The translations under genes and the position numbers were made by a program. From Antedon mediterranea (Eukaryota; Animalia; Echinodermata): 64,000 nucleotides of DNA. Each line of letters begins with the position of its first letter. The first letter of the stretch is position 1. Where the stretch lies: contig NC_092677.1 in NCBI RefSeq assembly GCF_964355755.1, positions 2,006,101-2,070,100 on the forward strand, given 5' to 3'. A model generated the notes under the pieces. It made no database searches, was not told the DNA's origin, and saw nothing but the letters and a program-made list of their open reading frames with translations. Below, one piece after another: positions 49,420 to 62,600 of this stretch.

Positions 49420-52400
49420 AATAAATACTCGTCACAATGATCGCTTGTGCTTCAGGCATCAAGGACACAGGCTTTTTTTCATTCTATAGCAATCAGGTTA
49501 CCCTGTGTCTGGGACCAGCTTCCCAGACCGTTGACAGATGCTGCAGTCCTAGAAAGCCCATCAGCCTTCATTAGAAAAGTTCATATTCATTTTGGTTCGC
49601 TGTAACTGTTTTTTGTCTTTATGTCTTATATGTGTAAACTGACTTTGGGGTTGGGTCAACCGGCTCAGCTACAGTGATTAAGTTCACTTAGGTTGACCCT
49701 GGTCTCCCCAATTTCAGTTTTTTTTTGTTTTGTATATACTTAAATAGACCAAAATGAAATGAAATGAAATGAAATTATTATCATTATTTTAAAAGGGGTG
49801 TTTTTTTATAAGTATACCTAATAAATACCTATAACTTCCAAAGTGGTGTTTTTAAATCAATGAGGTTTTTTGATTTGATAGTCAATAGGTTTGTCAACAA
49901 TAATCACGAAAAAAACACTGGGGTAAATTTCGTATATGTTTTGTGTTGCCAGAAAAATACCAAAAAATACCAAAAAATACAAACAAAATATCAATAAACA
50001 AAACACATGAAACACAATTTAAATATGGCTAATCCAATAATAAAATGTATATGTGGCTTGTCATAATGCTACTAGAGTCATACGAATAGTTTAGATAAAA
50101 TATGAGAATGTGTTGCCAGGTTAATTTCAATTAATTGCCAGAAAAACAGTATTTTGCATTGAAATATTTAGTCGATGGAAAATATTGTTAAACTTTGAAA
50201 TAATTGCGTCAATGGTTTTTATAAATTTTTAAATCTATTTTGTGTAAAGAGATACAGAAAGACCTCCCAAAAAAACTTGACCTTGTAAATAGGTCATTTG
50301 AGGTCAAAAGGGGTCAGAATGCAAAACAGGACAGGTCCCCACTTTACTACAACTATTTAGTGTTTGATCACAATTTACAAGATAGTTCATAAAAATTCAC
50401 AACAATTTTTTACCTATAGTGTTACCTTAGCAACCATTTCTATGTGTAACTAAGGAAAAAAAAAAAAAAACGTAAAAAAATGGCGTTTTTATCAATACAA
50501 AGAATTGGTTGCATTTGTAATTTTTCTCAATTTTACTTCTACTGCATTCTATTAATCTTAAAGTGATGACAAACTTGACCTTGTAAATTCATTCATTTTG
50601 AGGTCAAATGAGGTCAACATTTTACCTATAGTGTATTGTAGCAACTGTTTCTATACGTAACTAAGTACAATATTTTTAATATGGGGTTTCATGACTACAA
50701 ACAATTGATTACATAGCTTTACTACTTTTTCCCAAATTTACTTATCCACTGAATCCCAGAAAATTTCTGACCTTGTGAAAGGGTCATTTGTTGGGTCAAT
50801 TGTTATCTTAGAACCTGTTTCTATGCGTAACTAAGGATAATTGTTTTTTTTTTAATGCAGTTGAACCTCCCGTAAGTTGCCACCCTCGGGACCGACAGAC
50901 CGACATAGTGAACTATAGAGTAGCGTCCACGCGACTAAAAAAGGTCGGTCAAAATCTGTGTAGTTTTCTCAACTCTTCACAGTAATGTTTTTAAAACCTC
51001 TTCAAAATAAAGCTAATATATAAAGAAATACAATAAACATGCACCTCTAATTCATAGGTCCATGCAATAAGTATCACATTTTTCGATTGGCCGCTTACAA
51101 AAAATCTCATTTTTATAGTATAAAAAGGTGCCCGCAGCTGCTTACGGTAGGCACCAAATGCACTAATTAGATAGGAAGAACAAACAGGCTTTTCAAAGTG
51201 CGTCCGTTAAGGGAGGTGGCGGCTTACGGGAGGTGCCCGCTGTAAATAAAATGTGGGGTTTTCATGAATAAAAATAATCACAGAAGAAAGTTACGAATAT
51301 GACCTTGTGAAACGGTAATTTGAAAATGCAAATAAGGCATGCCTGCTAATAATCTACAAATTTAAATTTGTATAAGATAAATATGCAAAATCTAAATATC
51401 TCAATTTTAGTTACCATAGTAACTGTTGCTATGCATAACTAAGTTATAATTGTAAGTCGAAAGTGGTGGTGGATGGGCATGTGGGATCTGCTTAGGTTAG
51501 CAAATAAAAGAAGTAAACAAATGAAAGAGGAGCTTCAAAATAAGAGAGGAGTAATCTGTTGCAAAGATTAAAATTCACAACGATCTGATAATTTATTCAA
51601 ATTTCCAGAGGATATAACCTATAAATGACATTAAAACTGGGAATTACAGAATCTATAATTAAAAATATTGGTTTTTTTTCTCACAACACAACTAGAACTA
51701 TATAAAACATTAAGAATCTTTCTGACCAATGAGTTTAAAATCAAATAATCAAAGAAAAATAAAATGTTTTTACTAATATACCATGTTTTTTTTTTATAAA
51801 AATGCCTGTTTCTCGCAACACTGCTTGTAGATTTTTAAATTACCTCCGTATTTTATTTTAGAAATCAATTATTAAACATTAGAACTACCTATTTGTAATT
51901 AATCAGCTAAAAAAATACACCACTTTGGGCGTTATGGTCAAGTAAAGTTTAGTTGCATTGAACAATTTAAAAAAAGTGAAAAACACCCCTTTTTAAATAA
52001 ATGGTATCTCCCAAAGTATGAAATAAAAAAATAAATAAAAAATATGAAACAGGTACACGATGCATTGTTATTATGCATACACTAATTATTTTTTATAATT
52101 AAATGAACAAAACGAAAATATCGTTCATCAAAGTAGTACCAATATCCATTTTAAAAAACTTAAAAAAAGGACAAAATTTGTCAAAAACACAAATTTGGCT
52201 GTTGTCATGGAAATATACGTGTGAAATAAAAAATACTTCATATTTGATTTCTCTCAACACATATATAGCCATGTGCAAAATTTGAAAGAAATCCATTTTT
52301 TTTTAGTGCCACTCTTTTTGATATTTCTTTGATTCTTACAGACCATGGCTCTTAATAATCTATACAATAATATAAAAATTATTTTTCAGGGGGACAATAC

Positions 52401-53648
52401 ATCTCTAAGGCTTTAAATATCGAATTTATATATTAATATCAAAACAATCCATCATTGGTTTCGAGTTTATGGTTCATCGTAATAATAATGTTTATCTATT
52501 ACAGTACTGATCATTCATCACATCAATAATCAACACAATAAACAATCCATAATTGTGTTTATAAAAAATAGACGATAGACGATATTATTGCAGCAGATAA
52601 TTTTATTAAAGTTTATCAATCACAATTGGACGCAATAATTTGAACACGGTTATGATCTGGAAACACTTACCGCCACCCTGCCTAAAATTGTTGTGATATG
52701 ATTTTTTTTAAATAAGCATTTTTCTATACTATCACACAGATAATGTTATCTTATAGAACCATTAATATATTCAGCCTCAGAGACTGTAAAATGTTTAAAT
52801 TTACTTTAATAAAAATATTATATAAAGATATGTCTTAAACTAGTATTGTTTCATTTCACACAAAGCATTTGGCAGTACAGAAAGTTAAAAGCCATTACAA
52901 AAGTAATTACTAGATATTATAGTACTATAATGTACAAATCCTGAATTATGTCAAGCAGGATACAAAACGAGTACTGTAACATATTAAAGAAAATCACAAA
53001 ACTAACAAAAATTTATCAAAAAACATACTGTACAATCATGGAGGTAAAAAGTGACCTATAAAGGTCCATGATACAATTAACGAAAAACGCAAAAATTAAA
53101 TTAAAAAGGGCTTGCACAGTATAAATTGGTTCTTTTTTTTTTGTTTTGTTTTGTAAAATGTATTTTTAATATAGGCCTACTTCTTTAATTGTGAAATACT
53201 CGTTTCATGAATAAAATGTTAAAAAAGGTGCTGTAAATATAAATCGCTTAACTATTTATCTTAACAACATCTTGGCAACATGTACCATGTACATTCAAAA
53301 GACAAAATTAAAAACAAAAATTATTTTTAAATTCTTATATACAAAATTAACAAGGTGCGTTTTTCAAGGTATAGTATTCCTTAATCCATGGTTATAAGTG
53401 CACAATTTCCCATGGAGGTAATCGACGGCATCAATATTTCGGTTTTTGCTTTTCGGACCCGGTAAACTTGCCGCAAATGTGCCGCCTGTTTTCGCCCGCT
53501 CTACGAAAGCGGTATTGGAGATTTGCATCAATTACTACAAAGTTTAAAATGGTATCCATAGGCAACCGTTTTTCATTACCGTATCTAACATAATATGTAT
53601 AATTTTAACAGTGTCATGCTCTTTTCATCGTCTGGCCAGGTATTATAC

Positions 53649-53698
<50 letters not shown>
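53649..53698. repeat. (TAA)n microsatellite
   Basis: About 16 TAA units. Confidence 0.9.
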
Positions 53699-53699
<1 letters not shown>

Positions 53700-55879
53700 A
53701 CCTTATAAAATACTGAAGATAAATACAAAACAAAATCATTCATCACTAATCAAATAAAATAATGAAATTGGAAGAAAATTCAAAGTAAAAACACTTATTT
53801 GTGTTTCTTTAGAAATGTAGTAAGTAACAATTAGATTATACAATAATTTATTTTATGATACTGTTCATAATTAAATTGCATACAAATGATTGCTATAGGT
53901 CTATATTTTGAAAGAAATGCATAAATAAATTAGACAAGTAGGCCTAGGCCTATAGGTGAAATAATCTAGACCCTATATATTTTATACTGAAATGAAATGT
54001 TTTTGCGTTACCTGTCACTAATATCTACATTATAAATCTATATATAATAAAAATACTATTATTTTACTTGCTATGTTCATTACATCATCATTAATTGTAT
54101 TACTACTCACTTAACAAAACGACGTCGTCTACTTTTTTTTCTCGCAAAATGGAACAAATGGAGCTTTAATTTTTGTCATTTAATATTTTCTTAAAATCAT
54201 TTTAGTTAATTCTAATATCAAACATTAAGTTGGTCATGTCTGCATTTAACATAAGAAAATAATCTTGTCTATTCAACTTCGTCATAATTAACCTGAAATA
54301 ATTTCTTTGGACATAGTATATGGCAAGAATAATTAATGAAAGACATTTAGTGGGGTTCCTTAGTTCTAAAAAAAGGATCGATACTTCAAATTTGGTTAGA
54401 AGCATGACATTTGGTATGGCAACTCGTATAAAAAATCAGTACTGTCGAAATTTCGCAACTTTTAAGATTTTAGGCCATTTAAAAATTTGATCTTTGAACT
54501 CTTTGATCTCAGAACTCGTAAACCGTACATCCTATAAACACGAAAATGGCAAATGATGCAGAAGTACTACTATAGGAGATATTTAAAAATAATAGATCTG
54601 GACCTATACGGCAAAACCTTCTTTAGTATTGGTGATTTAACATCATCCCTACAGTAATTCATGTAAAAATAGAAGTCATTCCTTTTCATTATTATGCTGT
54701 TTGTTAAAAAATAACTGTAATCCAACCCTCTCACATAGATTTACTTTAAATGCAAATGCAGTTGCAGAAAGCTGTTTTCTAAAAAATCTAAAGCCCTGCT
54801 CGGTTTAGTCGGTACAAAAGTGAAACAATTTTACCAACTGAAGAAAGATGTTACAATCAAAGAAAATGACAAAACAATGCCATAATATAGGCCTATATCA
54901 TTTCCAAACCTGGCATCTTCTTATGTTTTTTGTCAAGTATAAGTGGCGAGACCCATGAATACTGTTTAGTTTAGTAAAGTTATTTGTAAAAGTTCCATCC
55001 TTATTTGACCAGTGAAGCTATTTAGTTAACAATCCATAATCAAAATGCTTTATACTACTTGCATTGTGCAAGCTAATTGCTCAAACCATTCTAGATATCA
55101 TTACATTTAATGTTACAGTATATTTTTGTTGGTAGCTGGTACTCTAGACCATGGATGAGCAAAATCTGCACAAATTACTACATGGTAACTTTGACTTAAA
55201 GAGCACTTGCACCGACCATGTTTTTATCGGTTTACACATCATTATAGTCATGTCAAAGAATTTAATTGATAGGAAACTTAATGATTATAAACTATATTGT
55301 ACGTGTCCACAGTTTATCAGAAAATTAAACAACTGATAGTTACGAACAAATAACTTCAGTTACTTTAGAATTACTTGTACTTAGTTACTGTGTTTTGGGA
55401 TTGATGGACTTTACTACCTCAGCCTCACCATGGTTTGGACCGAGGTAAAAAAAATTTAACTTTTAGTAGCCCACCACTCTTTTAGTCACTAAAAATCTCT
55501 GTCCCGGACAATCTTCAGAAGGTTTGAAATAAGACTACGGCAAAGAACATACTGTAATGATGCATTAACTAATGGTGTTATTGTAAGGATTGTTACTTCT
55601 TTGACAAACTTTTAGGAATATAGACCTGGAAAATTCACTCTTAATGATACCGGTATAATGTTTTTCAGAGGATTAAAAATAGCTCCTTGTCATGTAGATT
55701 GGGGTTCCCTTTTATTACGCACACTGTATAATGTAGCCTACAAAGTTATGTGTGAAGATAACAATTACATTCCTACAATGTTTAAATGTTTTGTATAATC
55801 AACAACATTGAACATAAAAATTGCACTCGTAATCAATATTACAGCAAATATAATAAAACATTGAAAATAATGGGAATCA

Positions 55880-56260
55880 TCCCCAGAACAATGTTTAAAT
55901 GGACTTTAACAGATGGACTTATATGTTTAGGGAATTGATTAGAACATTGGCCCAAACACAACCAGCTTGATGATAGGCAGACCGGGAAGAGTGAAATAGG
56001 GTTTAATGTTGTTCAGGGCTTCTTTAGTTGGTGGTATATCTTTATATGATTGCTGATTTTATTAGAAAAGATTAGCGTCAAACATATGGAATGATCCCCT
56101 CAGAATTCTGATACGTTCAAGACTGAGAAAGGGCAACACGGTATTGCGATGGACTTAGACCAGATTGAATATTTCATATGTTGTGTATACAACAAAGTGG
56201 ATGACGCTTGATTCACCAAAAAGCAACATACCATTACTGGAGGGCTGGTTTATAATCTGA
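55880..56260 (-). pseudogene. Degenerate transposon protein fragment (PPT..AL...YQA...W motif, Academ-associated type)
   Basis: Minus strand reads SYKDIPPTKEAL, then after a frameshift YHQAGCVWANVL, then a WG motif. Recognised by motif memory only. Confidence 0.45.
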
Positions 56261-56633
56261 TCCAAGTATAATGTTGAATTAAGATACAAGCAGTTAATAA
56301 AAAAAAAAGAATGATTTCCCTCTTATTTCTTTTACATATTAACAACAATACTAAATGTCAACGCGGTAAAATGTCATATACTGTACAGTAGGTCCAGATC
56401 TGTTATTTTTTTTTAAATAACTCCTATAGTATTGAGTTAAATACATATGTTTCTATTAAATGTGAATAGAAAGTAGTACTTCTGCATCATTTGCCATTAT
56501 TTTCGTGTTTCTAGGATGTACGGTTTACGAGTCCTTTACCTAATTTAATCATGTAGAAATTTGTCCATAACTTGTTATTGAGGAAAATGAGAAAGATAGT
56601 TCCTAGGAAGAAAAAATAAAATAAAATCTTAAT

Positions 56634-59600
56634 TTAGTCAAGTGGGTGTGTTTTATACCGCTTACTGCTTCTTCTTCTTCTTGCCGATGTGGGCTGCGAT
56701 TGTTCTGAGTTTTTATTTTTACTAGGCAGTCTTATACTACCCTTATGTATTGATGAACCTTGATTGAAAATTTCATATTTACCATCACTTTCTGCAAACT
56801 TAAAAACACATTATATACATTTGTATGTTATATCAATAAGTATAAATAAAATAAGTAAATTGAAGAATTAAATTGTATTGATTTTATGGGTTCTTTAAGT
56901 AAATGGATCACCAAATACCAGAATTGTAGTTTTTATTAGGTTTGCCAACTTTGCGTTTTCTGTCCATGGTCCTATACTATGGAACAGTAGGCCTATCCCC
57001 TAGTTCTCATGTTTTTAAGAAACACCTCAAAACTTGTTTCCTAAGTAGGACTTTTTTTCGCAAACATTATAATTTTGTAGTAGATTAGTAGAAGATAATA
57101 CCTTTATTGCATACTCCTGACCACTTCCTGAACATGTCCAGACATCCCATTTGACTTCATCTTTCGACAAAACCACAAATATTTCACAATCACTTTCGTC
57201 TAATTTAAAAGGAATTTAAAAAATTATACATATATAGAATGTTAAAGAGTTGCTATCCAATTGAGTTTGATTAATACCATGAGAGACCCAGTGGTCTAAT
57301 TGTTAGGACATCTGCATATCAAGCAGAAGGTTCCGGGTACGTGTCTCGGTTGGGGTGACTTTTTCTCATTCTCACAGATTTCCTCATCTTTATCGTTTCA
57401 AATTAATTAATTAAATTTCAGTATGTTATCGGGCGGTTTAGAATTTATTCTGTGCCTGTGATGTTTATATATATATATATATATATATTAGATAGCCTAC
57501 GTAAATACGTCAACATGATTGGTTGAAACTGCATCACATGACTACCGCTTCATCCGCTGAGCCACGGAACTTGCTCGTTAGTGATTGGTTAATACTCACG
57601 GTAGTAACCTGTTACGCGTTAAACGATCTAGGCCTAAGTAAATATTTTATTGCCAAGGAATCATTAATTAGTAATTATCTGTATATTATTCGTCACAAGG
57701 TAAGGTGAAGGCAACGCCTAACTAGGCAGGCTTATTACAAAGGAGGCCTGGCCTAGCTACACCCGACCCAGCAGTAGATATTCAACTTGTTGTTGGCTAT
57801 GTAATATAAAAGATATCGCCTTTTATATCAGTAAAATATAAGATTTTACATCCACTCGGGAATGGTATTATGTTCTCGAGAAATATATTTCCCTTAGCTA
57901 GCGCTTCAGGAAATATATTCCCTTAAACGTACTATCTTTCCCTCGGGGATGTCAAATCTTATAATATATATACAGTACATATAAATCAATTGTGTTGCAT
58001 AGCACTGTGTTATAATCATACTGTCAAATTATAGAAACAGTGCTCATATTCTAAACATGATCTCATAATCGCGTCGAGCATAGCTCTGGCGAAAGTTCCG
58101 TATTTTTTAGTTGTATGAAAAAATGTCTGGCGGGATTCGAACCTGCGACATTACAAGGGCGGGTATCATACCACTAGACCACAGCACCATATATGGTATT
58201 ATCACAGATTTTCGCCCACCAGATACATTCTCTCAACTAGTCAGAATAAATTCCAACTTTAATACGCAACGGTTTTTAAAATAATATTGTGTATAATGTA
58301 AATCAATTGTGTTGCGTAGCACTGTGTAAATTATATATATATATAATATATGGCAGCACTTGCCAGCTTTAATAATATGACGAAAGCTCTGCTAACTTTT
58401 CTGGCTGTTTACTTTATCGTTTTGATTTAGCTTTTCGCTTTTTTTTTGTATCTCCATTGAGATTCAGCCACTGATACCCACAGCATTGTCATTTTTTTCA
58501 GTAATCTGCCTTTGGATTTATATATATATATATATATATAAACAAATCAGGCACAGAACATTAATTCTAAACCGCCCGGTGATATACTGAAATTTAATTA
58601 ATTAATTTGAAACGATAAAGATGAGGAAATCTGTGAGAATGAGAAAAAGTCTAGTGCTGTTCCGCCGTACCACGCCGAGAATGTTAAAGAATCGCTATCC
58701 AATCGAGTTCGAACAATACCATGAAAGCCCCAGTGGTCTAATGGTTAAGACATCTGCATATCAAGCAGGCGGTCCGAGTTCGAGTCTCTGTTGGGGCGAC
58801 TTTTTCTCATTCTCACAGATTTCCTCATCTTTATTGTTTCAAATTAATTAATTTATATATATAAACAAATCAGGCAAAGAACATACTCCCAGATCGGTAA
58901 AATTATTCCATTGACTACCAAAATTTAAGTTTCAATATTAACCACCATTTAAGCTGTTTTTTTAGTCTCATTCCAAAATTGTTTATATCTCTACCAAGCT
59001 ACCTTCTTTGTTTTCTACTCTTATTCAGACTCCACCCTGGCTCCCTTTGTTATATTTCTTTTATTCCTGTCCACCCAGGCAGCACTTGCCAGCTTTATAC
59101 TATGATGTTATCCAAATTCCTTCACTTGCACTGATGAAGGGCTAGTGTTGCCCGAAAGCTCTGCTAACTTTTCTGGCTGTTTACTTTATCGTTTTGATTT
59201 AGCTTTTCGCTTTTTATTTTTGTATCTCCATTGAGATCCAGCCACTGATACCCACAGCATTGTCATTTTTTTCAGTAATTTGCCTTTGGATTTATATATA
59301 TATATATATATATTATCGCTTTTTTATAAAATATTATATATATATATTATTATATATATTATAGCTTTTTTTTTTTTGTAATTTGCCTTTGGATTTATAT
59401 ATATATATATATATTAATATTCTCGGCGTGGTATTCATCTAAAGCATTTATTATCATTATTTTTATTAAAAATTGGGGTTGGAGTAGGAATAGTTGTTCT
59501 TCAGTCTCATGTCGACTGTATTAAAACAACTCTACATTGTTGATTCTATTTGGTATAATATTATACAAGTTTAAGTCAAGAAGTTGTTAAATTACTTTTA

Positions 59601-62600
59601 TGGCTTAAGAAGACATTAAGCAAATATTTAAAGAAAGATTCTGTCATTAAAAAAAACGAAAAGTATCCACACGCTTAAATGAAGACTTTGAATTCAATGG
59701 ACTGACATGAAATAAAATGTTGCGCCTTCTGATCTCTAGTCTACTAACCTTCCATTTCTATTATGGCGTAGTCAACTTTGTTTTTTCTCTTGAATCGTCC
59801 TATAAACAAAACAACGCTATTTTATTTAGATCCATGATTTTTCTAAATAAATGCAAGCTTAAATTAAATTGGATACAATAACAAGAGAGGTTATCCATAC
59901 CCCCTTTGTCTGAATAATTATTAGTCTTTAAAGTAGAACTACAAAAAAATCAAAACTTGCTTTCTTTTAGTACGTATACAATATCCTTACCTGTAGTTTC
60001 ATTCTTCTTACACTTCTTAAAAAAACCTCCAAACACAAGCCAACCATATTTTATCTTTTTACCACTGACACAATCTATAAAATAAATTTAAAAAAAACAT
60101 TTACAGTACACTGCACACTTTTTAGAGGAAATATACTGTAACCTTTTCAGATAAAAGTAGCTTACAAAACTTACCAAATTTTACAGAAGTAAAATCACCT
60201 AAGGATCTCAATTTCTTGAAACTTGCTTTGGCAATCTTACATTTTCCATCTTTGAAAACCACTAAATGTTGTTCTGAAAATATAGGGCTGTACACATTCA
60301 CAAGCCTAATAGCCATCATGGTTTCTTTTATATGCACATGTGCAATAGCTTTGCTCCTGAAAAAAAAAGACTGCATAATGGTGACACTATTTAATGTTTG
60401 AAGAAAGATCCTTATTGAGTGTACCATTTTAAATATAAGAAAATTCATGTAATACAAATATTAGTATGGTGACCTAGCTAGTTTTATGTGCCATTAGCAT
60501 CAATATTAGCAACATTCTATTAGTTATCTGTAATGAATCCTCACCTGACAGAAATGTTAAAGTCAGAAATTTCAAGCCTACATGTTGCACAATATTGCAG
60601 AACTGTCCATGTGAAAACAAAACAAAGAGAATTAGAAAAGAAACATTATGTATAGGTTGGTTATTTAGCTTAAACAAATGATTTATCTAATTAAGTAATT
60701 TATATTTTGAATTGTATTATTATTAATGATTTTGAGGTGTTACTTTACATTTGTATGTTGATTAAATTACAAAGGTAAAATATTGTATTATCTTTTTAGA
60801 CATTATTGAATTTTGAAATAAATGTGTGTTTGGGCCCACAAATAAGAAAAAAGAAGTTAAGCTTAGCTAGCCTAGGTTCAGTATGTATGGGTGAGCCAAT
60901 TATCCATGGTCATATTATCTGATAACCTTTCATTTCATTTCAAGAACAAAAAAGAGAATGATTACTGCTCAAATAACCAGCAACAAATGAAGGAACAGCA
61001 AAATAGCAGGAGGCCAGAGTAGAGACACCCTGAACGCTGCTCTAATAGTAGTAATTTTTTAATTAACAATAATTCACCTCTAATAAACTATTACTAAAAC
61101 TGAAATAAATGAAAAAAAATATACCATTTAACTTATTCAATTGTATAATATTATTTTCCATATTTTGTAGTTCATTTAGTCTAAAAAAAAAAAAACACAA
61201 ATAGATATTTGTCAATATCAACTGAAAAATTGTGCCTTCCATGTTCTTATGTATTATCTCAACTCAAAGAAGTGACGGGCCAGTGAGGCAGCAGTTATAT
61301 CAACCATTAACTTATAATTGGAAAAAGATTAATATTACAAAACATTACAGGTTATTTTGGTGATACAAACCACTGACATCGTTCGTCTCACCAGTAAGTA
61401 AGTGAAATTAATAAGGATAATCCAATTACATTATGATGAAAAGAAAAGGGATGGAGAAAATGTTTTTAGGCAGTAAACTTGAGACAAGGAGTGACATAGA
61501 TAACACAAAAAGCTTGCCATCCTTGCATTCAATAAATCATGACATGTAAATAAGAAGACACCATTTATACTGCTTTTACATCGCACCCGGATTTGGTCCG
61601 GCGCCTTGAGGAAAATTTGAGCATGCTTTTACAAGCGAGGTCATTCATGCTCACTGTTGATTGGTCACAAAAAAAATTGTACGATTTCAGCAAACAAATG
61701 GCTTCTTGATCCATCGCACCAAATTCGGAGTCAGAAGCAATTAGTACGGATTCCAAAAAAAAATTTGGTGTGAATGATCCTACACTGTATGCTTTACCCC
61801 TGAACCCATTCCACAATATTTTTCTCAGACAGGACTGAATCCGAGCACAATGTGAAAACAGGTTTTTAAACAGAATTATTCATTGTTAAGTGTGCAATGT
61901 GACAATACATTTGCATTGCGATGATGAATACAATTACTGTAAGTGTAACTACGTTAACAATTTTACTTCTATTATTATTTTGATTTATACAGGTATGAAG
62001 AGTTAAAGATAGCAATGCTATAAAGAATAACTGGCTATTACTATAAATTAATTAATAACTATAAGTTAAAATAGATTTTAATACTTACTGAATCTTGTTA
62101 TGATAATTGTATATCATATATGCAATACCGATTAGCAAAACAAGAAAAGTAGGAGCAACAATGGCAATGGAGTCAAAATTACTTGTTTCATTGGTGGTGT
62201 CTGTGGGCACAACCAAAAAATGTTTATTCACTTTTAGACCAGGTCATAGGATATACAGTAAGTTCAGTAACAATTACTGTAGGAAGGGCTGTGCATGCAA
62301 AAAGAATTTTACAAAAGGCTCAAAGAGAAACATGAAAAGTTACAAAATATCTTTTTCACAATCTAATCTTTTTTATGTACAGTACAGTATACCTAAAATG
62401 CAACATGGAATAACATGATCTGAGGTTTATTAGATGGATTAGTTAAGAAGACATATGAATGAGTGCATATAAAATAATTTTTTTGTTTTTGGTTCACAGT
62501 AAAGTAGTTAGTAGTGGTAATAAATTTCAAATTGTGGTCAGCACCAATCCATGTGGTGGCCGAGAACAGATTTATATTTCATTCACACAATATTTAACTG

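Larger units (their letters stand above)
44569..49775 (+). mobile_element. Decayed EN+RT LINE (CR1/L2 group), interrupted by two nested elements
   Basis: Fragmented ORFs from 44427 to about 46950 with RRDRSNRGGG, GTIYRPP, LLGDLNID, SDH, NYRPVALT, LDISKAFD, FADDT, LEYAQPAW. The C-terminus resumes at about 49430-49530 (RTQAFFHS..RLPCVWDQLP), followed by a (GAAAT)n tail at 49752-49775. Confidence 0.88.
36887..52351 (-). mobile_element. Kolobok-like element copy 2 (inverted relative to copy 1), expanded to 15.5 kb by nested insertions
   Basis: Ends CAGACCATGGCTC|TTAA at 52351; the left end CTATTGTCTGTAAAAATCAAAG matches the TIR. Host segments are 36887-37157, 44502-44568 and 49776-52351. Confidence 0.75.

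Noticed and set aside
61078-61099. Candidate 22-nt exon of the paralog
   Set aside because: It ends in phase 0 and leads to stops downstream; exon 61180-61125 gives the required phase 2->1.
61565-61816. 83-aa ORF as an exon of the paralog
   Set aside because: It lies within a TIR-bounded MITE and lacks compatible splice sites.
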